DNA of 64,000 nucleotides from Nitrospiraceae bacterium (GCA_041908685.1 JAYREW010000009.1:208783-272782); one strand, 5' to 3'; shown: positions 9,210-18,388, counted from the first letter of the stretch. Notes: a model not told the origin generated them from the sequence alone. A program made the numbers and translations.

Positions 9210-10165
9210 GCGATCGCCAACAGCCGCCGTCTCCGCGCGGACCGCAGAAGGCGTCCGGGCCGTCGTCCACCTGGGCCTATGCGGCGTTGACGGTCGCAGC
9301 TGTCGTGTGGGGCGGCTCCATCGTGGGCCAGAAGTATGCCCTGAGTGCGTTTTCGGCGGTGGAGGTGTCCGTCTTGCGCGGCATCGGCGCGCTGGCGATC
9401 CTCATTCCACTCTGGTGGATGCAGGAAGGCCGCATCATCCGTCTGACCGCGCGCGATGCCGGGATTCTCGGCGCGTTGGGCCTCGGCGTCCTAGGCAATC
9501 ACCTGCTCACGCTCTATGGGCTGCGCTACATCGGCGCGGCGAGCGCGGGCGTGATCATCGGCGCCAGTCCGGCGATCACGGCGCTGCTCTCGTCGCTCCT
9601 CGTGCGCGATGTGCCGTTTCGCTCTGTCGCCGCCGGGTGCGCCCTGTCGTTTGCCGGCGTCGCGTTGGTGTCCGGCATCGGCGGCGCTGCGGTGCCGGGC
9701 GAAAGTCCGTGGCTCGGCGGCCTGTTGGTGCTCTTGGGATTGATCAGTTGGGCGCTCTACACCATCGGGAGCGGCACGGTCATGGGACGCCTGTCGGCGC
9801 TCACCGTCAATTGGACGACCTTGCTGATTTCGATCGTCCTGCAGATCCCGTTGTTGTGGACCGACCCAAAAGTGATGGAGAGCGGCCTGGCCACGGTGCC
9901 GCTCGGCGGCTGGGTCGCCTTGCTCTACCTTGTGGTGTTTGCGACGGCGCTGGGGCAGCAGGCGTGGTTGTATGGCGTGCAGGGGGTTGGGCCGTCGCGC
10001 GCCGGGGTGTTTGTGAATCTGATTCCCGTCTCCGCGCTGCTCCTGTCTGCGCTGGTGCTCGGCGAGCGGATCGGTACGATGCAGGGGCTCGGCATCCTGC
10101 TTATTTTAGGCGGCGTCTGGTTGGTGGGCTATCAGACGCGTCCGCGCACAGGGGACCGTACGTGA
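9206..10165 (+). CDS. EamA/DMT-family transporter
   Basis: Start at ATG 9206 (MSDRQQ), forming an ATGA overlap with the methyltransferase stop. About 10 hydrophobic helices in two EamA-like halves. Confidence 0.85.
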   Translation: MSDRQQPPSPRGPQKASGPSSTWAYAALTVAAVVWGGSIVGQKYALSAFSAVEVSVLRGIGALAILIPLWWMQEGRIIRLTARDAGILGALGLGVLGNHLLTLYGLRYIGAASAGVIIGASPAITALLSSLLVRDVPFRSVAAGCALSFAGVALVSGIGGAAVPGESPWLGGLLVLLGLISWALYTIGSGTVMGRLSALTVNWTTLLISIVLQIPLLWTDPKVMESGLATVPLGGWVALLYLVVFATALGQQAWLYGVQGVGPSRAGVFVNLIPVSALLLSALVLGERIGTMQGLGILLILGGVWLVGYQTRPRTGDRT

Positions 10166-10353
10166 TCGTCTGCGCGCGGGTGTGGTCGGCGGCTGGAAGA
10201 TGTTGAGCTGATAACTTGCAGTAAGTCGACCAACATTATAGACAACTACAATCCATGCGCCTCATCTGACTGTATCGCGCATCAGAATTTCGTCCAAGAA
10301 GTTTGCGAAAAAAAGTTTGTGCGTCGCTGAAAATTTCCCCACATGTCCCTAGT

Positions 10354-10411
10354 CGACTCGCGATCGAGTGCTATGCTTCGACATAGCACCTCACCTTCTA
10401 CTTGCGAGTCG
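10354..10411. other. Nested stem-loop element in the low-GC gap
   Basis: Outer stem is CGACTCGC (10354-10361) paired with GCGAGTCG (10404-10411). It encloses a perfect 8-bp hairpin, GTGCTATG-CTTCGA-CATAGCAC (10368-10389). Read directly from the sequence. Confidence 0.5.
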
Positions 10412-10522
10412 CGTATGCCACGTCTTGCCGGTCTTGTCGTCACCACTATCGCAGTCGCCGGTGCCGTATCCTCGGTTGGAAGCCTGACCAAACCTGCTCA
10501 GAAGTCCCCACAGAACATCGTG

Positions 10523-10541
10523 CATCGGAGTCAGTCCGATG
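10523..10541. other. Perfect 7-bp hairpin (CATCGGA-GTCAG-TCCGATG)
   Basis: Complementarity read directly. Located in the same low-GC gap. Confidence 0.5.
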
Positions 10542-10759
10542 TCTCAACCGCCGCCCCGTCCACTTCAAACGAACGTTCCTTGTCGCCGCGTTAGTCAGCC
10601 GTCGACAGTTCGATCCTCGTCGAGGGTGTCTCTCCCCTAGGTCGATCATTCGCAGGCCTCTTCCTCGCAGGTCTCGTTCCACGCAACGGACCGTGCGAGG
10701 CTATCTTGCGCCGACAGGCGACAATCCCGCATGATGGCGCCCATTCTTGCGAGGACCAC

Positions 10760-11158
10760 ATGATCGAACAACGGATAGAAGAAGTGACGCAGGCCAATCG
10801 AGCGTTTTACGCCGCGTTCGAGAGCCTCGATATCGGGCGCATGGATACGGTGTGGGCGCATCAGGAGTACGTGACCTGCATCCATCCGGGCTGGGGGCTG
10901 CGCGAAGGATGGCCCGGCGTGCGCGACTCGTGGGTGCTGATTTTCAATCACACCTTCACGATGAAGTTCCAATTGAGCGAAGTGCTCGTGCAGGTAGCGG
11001 GCGATGTCGGTTGGGTCGTCTGTACGGAAAACCTGACCACAGAACAGGACGGGACCACCGTCGAGAGTCGCGTGCTCGCCACGAACCTGTTCGAACGCGT
11101 CGGGGAGGGATGGAAACTCATCCACCACCACGGCTCGCCCATCATGGGCGGCGGATAG
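10760..11158 (+). CDS. SnoaL/NTF2-like fold protein
   Basis: Start at ATG 10760 (MIEQRIEEV), preceded by GAGGAC. ANRAFYAAFESLDIGRMDTVWA and WKLIHHHGS are typical of the SnoaL_3/DUF4440 type. Confidence 0.75.
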   Translation: MIEQRIEEVTQANRAFYAAFESLDIGRMDTVWAHQEYVTCIHPGWGLREGWPGVRDSWVLIFNHTFTMKFQLSEVLVQVAGDVGWVVCTENLTTEQDGTTVESRVLATNLFERVGEGWKLIHHHGSPIMGGG

Positions 11159-11186
11159 ATCAGACTTGCTTTGGGTCTGCACCCTG

Positions 11187-11219
11187 AGCGGCGGGCACTC
11201 TCCACCCAAGCCCGCCGCT
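11187..11219. terminator. Hairpin between convergent genes (10-bp perfect stem)
   Basis: AGCGGCGGGC (11187-11196) pairs with GCCCGCCGCT (11210-11219), with a 13-nt loop. The U-tract is weak. Confidence 0.45.
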
Positions 11220-11294
11220 TCTCCTCAGTGGTCTAGATTCGCCCTCACGCGCTGAGCATGTAGAGGTAAGGCCAACTGACGTGACGCATGGCGA

Positions 11295-11531
11295 TTACTT
11301 CGTCATCTTGCGATAGGCGAACAAGAGCAAGATGGAGCCGAGGACGGACGCGATAAATCCCACCGGCTCACCTTCGCGGTAGAGCCCGGCAAAGACCCCG
11401 AGCCATCCGGCCACCATCGAACCGGCAATCCCGATCAGCATGGTGATGATGATGCCGCCCGGGTCCGGCCCCGGCATCAGGAACTTGGCGACCGCTCCGA
11501 CGATCAACCCGACGATCAGCATGGAAATCAT
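11295..11531 (-). CDS. GlsB/YeaQ/YmgE-family stress membrane protein
   Basis: 78 aa. The MISMLIVGLIVGAVAKFLMPG...GIAGSMVAGWLG pattern is typical of the transglycosylase-associated protein family. Confidence 0.85.
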   Translation of the reverse strand: MISMLIVGLIVGAVAKFLMPGPDPGGIIITMLIGIAGSMVAGWLGVFAGLYREGEPVGFIASVLGSILLLFAYRKMTK

Positions 11532-11613
11532 GTTGTCTCCCCGTCCGACTCTTCTGAGGTGATGTCTTTGCGGGGTCGCGTGCGCTTGCCCGCCTCGGTC
11601 TTTACCCGTTCGT

Positions 11614-12138
11614 CTAGGTCAGTCGCGCGGCCCCGCGTAGCGTCGCGGTTCGATTGGTGCGCTTGCGCACGGTCAGGAACCTCTTGCCGATCTTCTTGCG
11701 CGTTGACGCCGCCGCATAGGCCTTGAATGCGGGGAAGAGCTTCTCTTCTTCCTCGTCCAAGTGATGCTCGAGGATTTCGCAGAAAATCTTCATCCGCTCG
11801 ATCTGTTGTTCCTTCGTCTTCGCTTGCGGGATACAGGCGATGACCGCCTCGTGCACGCGATGTTCTTCATAGCCTTCCAGCACATGATCCTCGAATTTCG
11901 GAATATCCTTCAGCAAGGCGAGAAACGTCTGCTCTTCGGCCTTCACGTGCGACTGCACGGTGTGCTTCAGCTCACGGAACGCTTTCGCTTGCTGTGCGGG
12001 CGTCGCGCGTTGGGACTTCACCTGCTGCATGAGTGTGCGCATCAGGTCATGGTCAGCCAGGAGTAACTTGATCACGCCTTTTGAGGCGGTGGGCAAATCT
12101 GCAGCGGCAATGCGTTTCAATGGGCTGGCAGCGCTCAT
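11614..12138 (-). CDS. Hemerythrin HHE cation-binding domain protein
   Basis: Start at ATG 12138 (MSAASP), preceded by GGAGAG. LLLADHDLMRTL, HVKAEEQTF and HHLDEEEEKLFP provide the His/Glu ligand motifs. Confidence 0.8.
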   Translation of the reverse strand: MSAASPLKRIAAADLPTASKGVIKLLLADHDLMRTLMQQVKSQRATPAQQAKAFRELKHTVQSHVKAEEQTFLALLKDIPKFEDHVLEGYEEHRVHEAVIACIPQAKTKEQQIERMKIFCEILEHHLDEEEEKLFPAFKAYAAASTRKKIGKRFLTVRKRTNRTATLRGAARLT

Positions 12139-12580
12139 GATTCTCTCCTGGATAAAGGGTGTCGGACTTGCGTGCAACTCGCAACCGTCAGTGAGTATCA
12201 ACTATCTACGTGGAACATGCCATGGGCATGTGCGGCACGACACTGGGTGAACCCCTTGAAATGCACGGGAGCGAATACGCCCGGTTGTCGGGATGGCCGC
12301 CGTGAAGCCGGTGAGACGACAACCCTGCGACTGAGGTGGAAGCGCACGCGTAGGTATCGGCCCCTATTGAGGGATGCTTGCAGAAGCAAATTGGTTTGGG
12401 GGGTTGTGGGCTCCATGATAGTGTCGGGAGCATGACACTCCATGCCCAAATCGATATCGATGCCCAGGCTGTTCGTGCTCTTTCTCTAGCCTTGAGGGTC
12501 GCTTCGTGCGATCGAATGTCATGAGCCGTCCTGCAGCTCGCCGCATGAGTTTTTCTCACAATAAACAGAGCGAGGGGTCG

Positions 12581-13393
12581 ATGCGTCACCATCCCAGGAC
12601 GTCTATGCCGCGGCAATTCCACGCGATTGATATTCGTCCGAGGACTGTCGTGGCATGGCTATCGGGCATGGCGGTGAATCTTGTGGCGTTCAGTCTCGTG
12701 CTTGAAGTCGTTCGGTACGGATTCGGACACGATCATGTGTGGGGACTGCTGGCGCCGCTGGAAAAATTATTCAACATTGATGTGGAACAAAATCTTCCGA
12801 GCCTGTTCTCGACGACCCTGCTGTTGACTGCGGCCGTCCTTCTCGCGCTCGTGACTGTGCTGACCACACGCGAACAGGATCCTGACCGTCTGAAGTGGCT
12901 CGCGCTCTGCGGGGGCTTTGTGTTGCTGGCGATCGATGAAAACTGCTCCTTTCACGAAACGCTCATCGAGCCGATGCGTGGGGTCATGGGGTCTGAGGCG
13001 CCGGGTATCTTTTATCTGGCCTGGGTCGTTCCGGCGTTGCTGGGGGTCGCAGCCGTCGGAGTGTTTTTCTTGGGATTCATCTGGCGGCTTCCGCCATGGA
13101 TGCGCAACCTGGTCGTGATTGCCGGATCGCTCTACCTCGGCGGCGCCATCGGCATTGAAATGTTGGACGGCCGATACGCCAAAACCCATGGTGAGGCGAA
13201 CCTCGGCTATCAACTCCTGATGCACCTTGAAGAGGCCTTGGAGATGGCGGGGAGTATCGTTTTTATCGCGGCGCTGCTGTCCTATCTGCGGGAACGATTT
13301 CCCGGGATGGCCCTGCAGCTGGCCGACGGTAAGTCAGCGCATCACGATTCGCAGGATAGTCAGTTGGCCCCTGGCAGTAGGCGGGCCGCATGA
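12581..13393 (+). CDS. Multi-pass membrane protein of unknown function
   Basis: About 6 hydrophobic helices. Recurrent acidic motifs: IDVEQNLPSLF, AIDENCSFHE, HLEEALEMAG. The start is uncertain; ATG 12581 was chosen because GAGGGG precedes it. Confidence 0.6.
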   Translation: MRHHPRTSMPRQFHAIDIRPRTVVAWLSGMAVNLVAFSLVLEVVRYGFGHDHVWGLLAPLEKLFNIDVEQNLPSLFSTTLLLTAAVLLALVTVLTTREQDPDRLKWLALCGGFVLLAIDENCSFHETLIEPMRGVMGSEAPGIFYLAWVVPALLGVAAVGVFFLGFIWRLPPWMRNLVVIAGSLYLGGAIGIEMLDGRYAKTHGEANLGYQLLMHLEEALEMAGSIVFIAALLSYLRERFPGMALQLADGKSAHHDSQDSQLAPGSRRAA

Positions 13394-13446
13394 TGGGTTA
13401 GCCCGTGAGCCGTCGCGCTGCACGATGTCGGCACAGCAAGCGGCGG

Positions 13447-14685
13447 CTATGGCGCGGTCTGCGTGAGGCGGCGGCGGGCGCTGCCTTGGACGAGGATGAA
13501 CTCATACAGCCGACATTCCAACGCGCCGTTGAAGAGCGGGGTGCGTTTGGTCGGTGTGAGGCCGATCAACTTGGGCACGCGCGGATCGTTGGTGAGGACG
13601 TAGGCGCGCCATCCGGCAAAGCGCTGCTTCAACGCATCGCCGAGTCGTGGGTAGAACGTTTCCATTTCCTCCGGGTGACTCAGCCGCACGCCGTAGGGCG
13701 GATTGATGATCAGGACGCCTGACTCCGCCGGCGCCTCGCGCTCCAAAATATCGCATTGCTCCAAGCGGATCGCCTCGGCGACGCCCGCTTGCCGAAACGT
13801 CTGCGCGGCGAGGCGGATCATCGCCGGCTCTCGATCCGACGCGTAAATCTTCGTCGGCGCGTCGGCGCGTTGGGCGGCGCGCACGCCGGCCCGTTGACGC
13901 TCCCAGACCGCAGGCTGGTGCACGAGCAATTGCTCGAAGCCGAACCGCCGTGTCCCTCCGGCCGGTAATTGGCGCGCCATGCAGGCGGCCTCCAGCGCAA
14001 TGGTGCCGCTGCCGCACATGGCGTCCAGAAGCACCGTCTCCGGCGTCCATCCGGCCAGCCGCACAATCCCCGCAGCCAGATTCTCCCGCAGCGGCGCGTC
14101 CGCACCGCTCACACGCTGGCCCCGCTTAAAGAGCGGTTCGCCGGACGTATCCAGATACAACGTGATAGACCGTTCATCGAGGAAGGCGTCGATCCGCACG
14201 TCCGGTTGCGCGGTGTTGACGCTGGGGCGCTTCAGGCTGGCCCCGACAAAGCTGTCGCAGATCGCATCCTTGATGCGGAGCGTGAGGAAGTCCAGGCTGG
14301 GCAGCGGGCACCGCCGCGCACTGACTTTGACCTTGATGGTGCGCTGCGGCGTAAACCAGGTGTGCCAGGGGAGGGCGCGTGCCGCGGCGTACACGTCCTG
14401 CTCCGTGCGGTAGGGTGCCCCGCCCACTTTCCACAACACACGGCTCGCCATGCGGCTGCACAGGTTCGCGCGATACATGCTCGACCAGGGGCCGCGAAAG
14501 GCCACGCCGCCGTCCGTCCGCTGCGTCTCCGCGATCCCCAGTTCGTGCAATTCCGCTTCAAAGACCTGCTCGAGCCCGCGTGGACAGGGCGCGAAAAACT
14601 GATGCGGCGCGGCCTCGTCGGCAGCGGGTACGTATTTTTTGAGGAATGATTGGGATGGACCGAGGAGACGCGGCGGTTTATGCAT
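13447..14685 (-). CDS. THUMP-domain class I SAM-dependent RNA methyltransferase (RlmL/RlmK N-terminal-module-like)
   Basis: 412 aa. DAMCGSGTIALEA SAM motif and the NPPYG catalytic motif. Confidence 0.85.
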   Translation of the reverse strand: MHKPPRLLGPSQSFLKKYVPAADEAAPHQFFAPCPRGLEQVFEAELHELGIAETQRTDGGVAFRGPWSSMYRANLCSRMASRVLWKVGGAPYRTEQDVYAAARALPWHTWFTPQRTIKVKVSARRCPLPSLDFLTLRIKDAICDSFVGASLKRPSVNTAQPDVRIDAFLDERSITLYLDTSGEPLFKRGQRVSGADAPLRENLAAGIVRLAGWTPETVLLDAMCGSGTIALEAACMARQLPAGGTRRFGFEQLLVHQPAVWERQRAGVRAAQRADAPTKIYASDREPAMIRLAAQTFRQAGVAEAIRLEQCDILEREAPAESGVLIINPPYGVRLSHPEEMETFYPRLGDALKQRFAGWRAYVLTNDPRVPKLIGLTPTKRTPLFNGALECRLYEFILVQGSARRRLTQTAP

Positions 14686-14771
14686 AGTGTGTATCGTGGG
14701 CGATGATGAATCCGGCGGACCTGTCGATGGGGTGAATGTTGGTGCGGATGACGTGCGGGCTGTCGGGATCC

Positions 14772-16109
14772 TTAGCGGCGTGAGACGCGGAACACGTCGA
14801 GTTGGCTGTTGGTGTCGGTCGGAATCAGGTTGGTCGCCAGCGAGTCAAACACCACAAGGGCGCCGTTGCCGCTGATGACCGCGTTCCCGCTGTCGCCGGC
14901 GGTGGCTTCGGCATTAAGTGCCGTGACCGACTGTCGAGTGGTCTTCCCAGTTGCGCGGTCGTGCACGAAGACGTCGACCTGGCCGTTCGTATCGTCCGCG
15001 ACGAGGTTCGCTGCGGCACTTTGAAACGCGACGAATCGTCCGTCCTGACTCAGTGCGCCGCCCCGTGCGGCACTGGCGTCGGCTGCCTGTGCGCCTGCGC
15101 TGTCGATGGACACCCGCGTGGTTTGCCCGGCGGTACGGTCCCGCACAAAGACGTCGCTGGCGCCGTTCGTGTCGGACGCGACGAGATTGGTCGCCGTCGA
15201 ATGGAAGGCGACGAAAGCCCCATCGGCGCTGATCGATGGATTTTCGCTTCGTCCGCCGGTTGCCTGCGCACCGGTGCTCGAAACTGAGACGCGCGTGGTC
15301 TCACCCGACAGGCGGTCATGCACAAACACATCGTATTGGTTGTTGCTGTCGCCGGCGACGAGGTTGGTCGCGCCGGACGCAAAGGCGACGTAGCGGCCGT
15401 CCGCGCTCAGCATCGGTGTGGCGCTGCCGCTGCTTCCGGTGGCCTGGGCTCCGCCTGTGACGACGGAGGCGCGAGTCGTGATATTGGCTGTGCGGTCGCG
15501 CACGAAAATGTCGTCCAGTCCGTTGGAATCGCCGAGGACGAGATTGGCGGCGCCCGAGACGAACGCGATCTGCTGACCATCCGCGCTGATCGCCGGCTGG
15601 TAGCTCGCCAAGCCGGTGGCCTGCGCGCCGGTGTTCGTGACCGAGACGCGGGAGGTGTCGCCTGTCACGCGATCGTGCAGAAAAATGTCGGTGACGCCGT
15701 TCGTGTCGTTCGCCACGAGGTTGGTCGCGTCCGATTCAAAGACGACGTAGCGACCATCTCCGCTGAGGGCGGGATAGCGGCTGCTGCCTCCAACGGCCTG
15801 CGCCCCGGCGTTCGATTGTGAGATGCGCGTGATCTGCCCGGTCGCAGTGTCGGCGACAAAGACATCGGCGACGTCGTTGGTATCGTTGGCGACCAGATTG
15901 GTGGCTGACGAGGCAAAGGCGATAAAGCGGCCATCGGTGCTGACGGCCGGGGTGCCGCTGATTCCGCCCACGGCCTCGCTGCCGCCTGGTCCGCTCGACA
16001 CGCGCGCGGTGAACGGCGCAGGCGGGCCCCCGTCATCATGGCCGCAGGCGGACAAGGCGGCGACGAGAAGCGCGGTGCCAAGAACTGTGAAGCCGGCTCG
16101 CGCGGGCAT
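14772..16109 (-). CDS. Lipoprotein built of seven TolB/PD40-like beta-propeller repeats
   Basis: Start at ATG 16109 (MPARAGFTVLGTALLVAALSAC), which includes a lipobox. It is followed by seven copies of about 59 aa carrying S.DGr.vaF.S.AtNLV..DtNg..DvFvhDR.tG.ttRvS. Confidence 0.8.
   Translation of the reverse strand: MPARAGFTVLGTALLVAALSACGHDDGGPPAPFTARVSSGPGGSEAVGGISGTPAVSTDGRFIAFASSATNLVANDTNDVADVFVADTATGQITRISQSNAGAQAVGGSSRYPALSGDGRYVVFESDATNLVANDTNGVTDIFLHDRVTGDTSRVSVTNTGAQATGLASYQPAISADGQQIAFVSGAANLVLGDSNGLDDIFVRDRTANITTRASVVTGGAQATGSSGSATPMLSADGRYVAFASGATNLVAGDSNNQYDVFVHDRLSGETTRVSVSSTGAQATGGRSENPSISADGAFVAFHSTATNLVASDTNGASDVFVRDRTAGQTTRVSIDSAGAQAADASAARGGALSQDGRFVAFQSAAANLVADDTNGQVDVFVHDRATGKTTRQSVTALNAEATAGDSGNAVISGNGALVVFDSLATNLIPTDTNSQLDVFRVSRR
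14775..16004 (-). repeat. Seven tandem coding repeats of about 177 bp
   Basis: The repeats are visible at protein level (see the CDS entry). The DNA copies have diverged. Confidence 0.7.
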
Positions 16110-16276
16110 GAAGCAGAAACAGGGGTCGGGAATCATGCAGGCTGTGGCGGATCGCGTGGGGCGAGCGGGCAGATGACCGAGCCGGATACGGTGCGTTGAA
16201 CGAACGACCATCACACCCTCCGGCACCACACCCGAAACGCGCCGCACTGGCGCGAGGGCGCGGTTTACAGTTGCGG

Positions 16277-16528
16277 TTAGGCTTTCGTTCCCTGGGAGCC
16301 CTGCGCCACGACAGCCGGCTCATCCACCTTCACGGTCTTGCGCCATTCGTCCACGACCGCGTCGCGGTCGGGCATCGGCATGCCGGCGTATTTCAAAAAC
16401 ATCTGCAGGCCGCGGCGGCGCCGCCAGGTGAGGAAGTCCAGAAAATGCGCGCGGCATACCGACTTGGTTCCGGCGGGGGCATAGACGGATTGGCGACAAA
16501 ATTGAATCGTGCAGACGTCGTTGGTCAT
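16277..16528 (-). CDS. Small hypothetical Cys/His protein (83 aa)
   Basis: MTNDVCTIQFCRQSVYAPAGTKSVCRAHFLDF gives a CxxxC...CxxH pattern. Only the C-terminal 83 codons of the track ORF look coding. Confidence 0.45.
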   Translation of the reverse strand: MTNDVCTIQFCRQSVYAPAGTKSVCRAHFLDFLTWRRRRGLQMFLKYAGMPMPDRDAVVDEWRKTVKVDEPAVVAQGSQGTKA

Positions 16529-16675
16529 TCGCGTACTCCCTGTGCGGGCAGTATGCCGAACGGGCCGTCCTGTTTGCAACCGGGGCGGTTCGCCGGGCTC
16601 GGCGGTCATGGCGTGCGCGTCGCCGTTTGCGGCGTGCCTTGACCCGGCTAGCGCAATCCGGTATGCGATGGCGCC

Positions 16676-18388
16676 ATGATCATCCCCACTGTGCTTGCTC
16701 ACGCGCGTCGCCCGCCGGATGCATTGTTCAAATTGTTCCCCTCTCGCGTGCCCTCCGCGCTTCTGACCCTCGTCACTGTTGCGGCCATCGGCTGCACGCC
16801 CTCCTATCGGCCTGGTCTACCGCCGGGCAGTCCCTTTGAAGCTGAGAGCCGGCCTGCGGTTGGAGTAAGCGCAAGCGCGCAGCAATCAACCGTTGCCGTG
16901 ACGCTCGGTCCCGCCAGTGGCGATGTGCGGTCGACCTCTGCGCTTGTGTGGGGACGTACGGATGGTCCTGCGATGGTGCAGGTGGAATGGTGGCCCGCGT
17001 CGGCCGCCGTGGCGGCGAGCAGCGGTGCGCTTGGTTCGGTCGGGTCGACTAGTTCGATGAGTTCGACCGCTTCAATCGGTTCAATGAATCCCTCGTCACT
17101 GGCTGCTGAATCGACGGGTACTGATACGGCGGCGATGCGTTCCGTCCCGGCCGCGACGTCCGCTGAGCACGATTTTACCTTCAAGGCGGTCATCGAGAAG
17201 TTGCAACCGGCGACGACTTATTTCTATCGGCTCTGGGCGACGCCGGTCTCCGGCGCGCGTCGAGACGGGCAGGCCGTGGCCAGTCCGCTCGGGTCCTTTC
17301 GCACCGCGCCACTGCCCGCTGATCCTGCCCGGGTCAGTTTTGCTTGGAGCGGTGATTTAGGCGGCCAGGGTCGCTGTCGGCAAGGCGAGCCGCACTATCC
17401 CATGCTCGATCGCGTGCGTCGCCTCCAGCCGGCTTTTTTTGTGTTTCTCGGCGATCTGATTTACGGCGACGAATGGTGTCCGGTGCCGCCGAACCTGCCG
17501 GGAAGCGAAAAGTCCGCGGTGACGCTGGAAGAGTATCGCGCGAAGCACCGCTATCAACATGGCGCTCCCACGTTGCGGCGCTTGCTGGCAGAGGTGCCTG
17601 TCTGGGCGGTCTGGGACGACCATGAAGTGCGGAATAATTTTTCCGGTCCGTTCGATCCGCAGATGCCCGCGGGGCGGCAGGCGTTGCTGGACTATTGGCC
17701 GATCGGGGCGCCGACCGACGAACCGACCCGGCTGTATCGCTCGTGGCGCTACGGGGCGGACGTGGAGCTGTTTCTGCTCGACACGCGTCAATATCGGAGT
17801 CGCAACACCGACCCCGATGACGCGCAGAAGACCATGCTCGGGGCGAGGCAGCGCGCCTGGCTGATCGACGGCGTGACGCAGTCCACGGCGACGTGGAAAG
17901 TCATCTTCACGTCGGTGCCGCTCTCGAATCCGGACAAGGGGGCGCCGACGATCCCCGGCAACGACGGATGGGCACGCGGTGCGGATGGGCGAGGGTTTCA
18001 GACGGAATTGACGGCGCTGGTGGAGGCGTTTCGCGTGCAGGCCGTGCGCAACGTGGTGTGGTTGGCGGGCGACGTGCACTATGCCCAGGGCATCGCCTAC
18101 GATGCGGACGGGGACGGAGCGCCCGACTTCCATGAATTTATCGCGGGGCCGCTGTCGGCGCGTCCGGGGCGATTGGTGCCGGTGCCGCCGACGTTTCACC
18201 CCACGCTGCTCTTTTCCGAAAACGGCTACGACAACGTCGGGCATGTGACGATCGATCGCGAGACGTTCCAGGTCGATATCGTGGATGTCGACGGGCGCAT
18301 TCGCCATAGTCATACGGTGCGCGCGGCTGGGGAGGGGAGTGCGGCGACGTCGAGGCCGGTGCCGCCTGTCGGATCGGCTCAGCAGTAG
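16676..18388 (+). CDS. phoD: PhoD-family alkaline phosphatase/phosphodiesterase (lipoprotein)
   Basis: 570 aa. RR-containing leader and lipobox AAIGC. Metallophosphatase motifs: FAWSGDLGGQG, FLGDLIYGDE, WDDHEVRNN, WLAGDVHYAQ. Confidence 0.85.
   Translation: MIIPTVLAHARRPPDALFKLFPSRVPSALLTLVTVAAIGCTPSYRPGLPPGSPFEAESRPAVGVSASAQQSTVAVTLGPASGDVRSTSALVWGRTDGPAMVQVEWWPASAAVAASSGALGSVGSTSSMSSTASIGSMNPSSLAAESTGTDTAAMRSVPAATSAEHDFTFKAVIEKLQPATTYFYRLWATPVSGARRDGQAVASPLGSFRTAPLPADPARVSFAWSGDLGGQGRCRQGEPHYPMLDRVRRLQPAFFVFLGDLIYGDEWCPVPPNLPGSEKSAVTLEEYRAKHRYQHGAPTLRRLLAEVPVWAVWDDHEVRNNFSGPFDPQMPAGRQALLDYWPIGAPTDEPTRLYRSWRYGADVELFLLDTRQYRSRNTDPDDAQKTMLGARQRAWLIDGVTQSTATWKVIFTSVPLSNPDKGAPTIPGNDGWARGADGRGFQTELTALVEAFRVQAVRNVVWLAGDVHYAQGIAYDADGDGAPDFHEFIAGPLSARPGRLVPVPPTFHPTLLFSENGYDNVGHVTIDRETFQVDIVDVDGRIRHSHTVRAAGEGSAATSRPVPPVGSAQQ

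Noticed and set aside
10590-10625. tRNA/tmRNA-like T-loop string GTTCGATCC
   Set aside because: The flanking bases do not form a 5-bp T-stem. There is no acceptor stem or CCA context, and no anticodon arm could be drawn on either strand.
10166-10759. tmRNA, RNase P RNA or SRP RNA in the low-GC gap
   Set aside because: I checked by eye for the tmRNA 5' GGGG...UCGAC together with a 3' T-arm-ACCA and an ..ALAA-type tag ORF. I also checked for the RNase P GAGGAAAGUCCGGGC box and the SRP GGAA/AGCA motifs. Only fragmentary resemblances appeared and no consistent set, so the region stays unassigned.
12241-12340. Possible cobalamin or fluoride riboswitch upstream of the membrane protein
   Set aside because: Superficial strings (GGTGAA, GATGGC, CTGAGG) do not align with the B12 box or the fluoride-riboswitch core. 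Only the stem is reported, as a finding.
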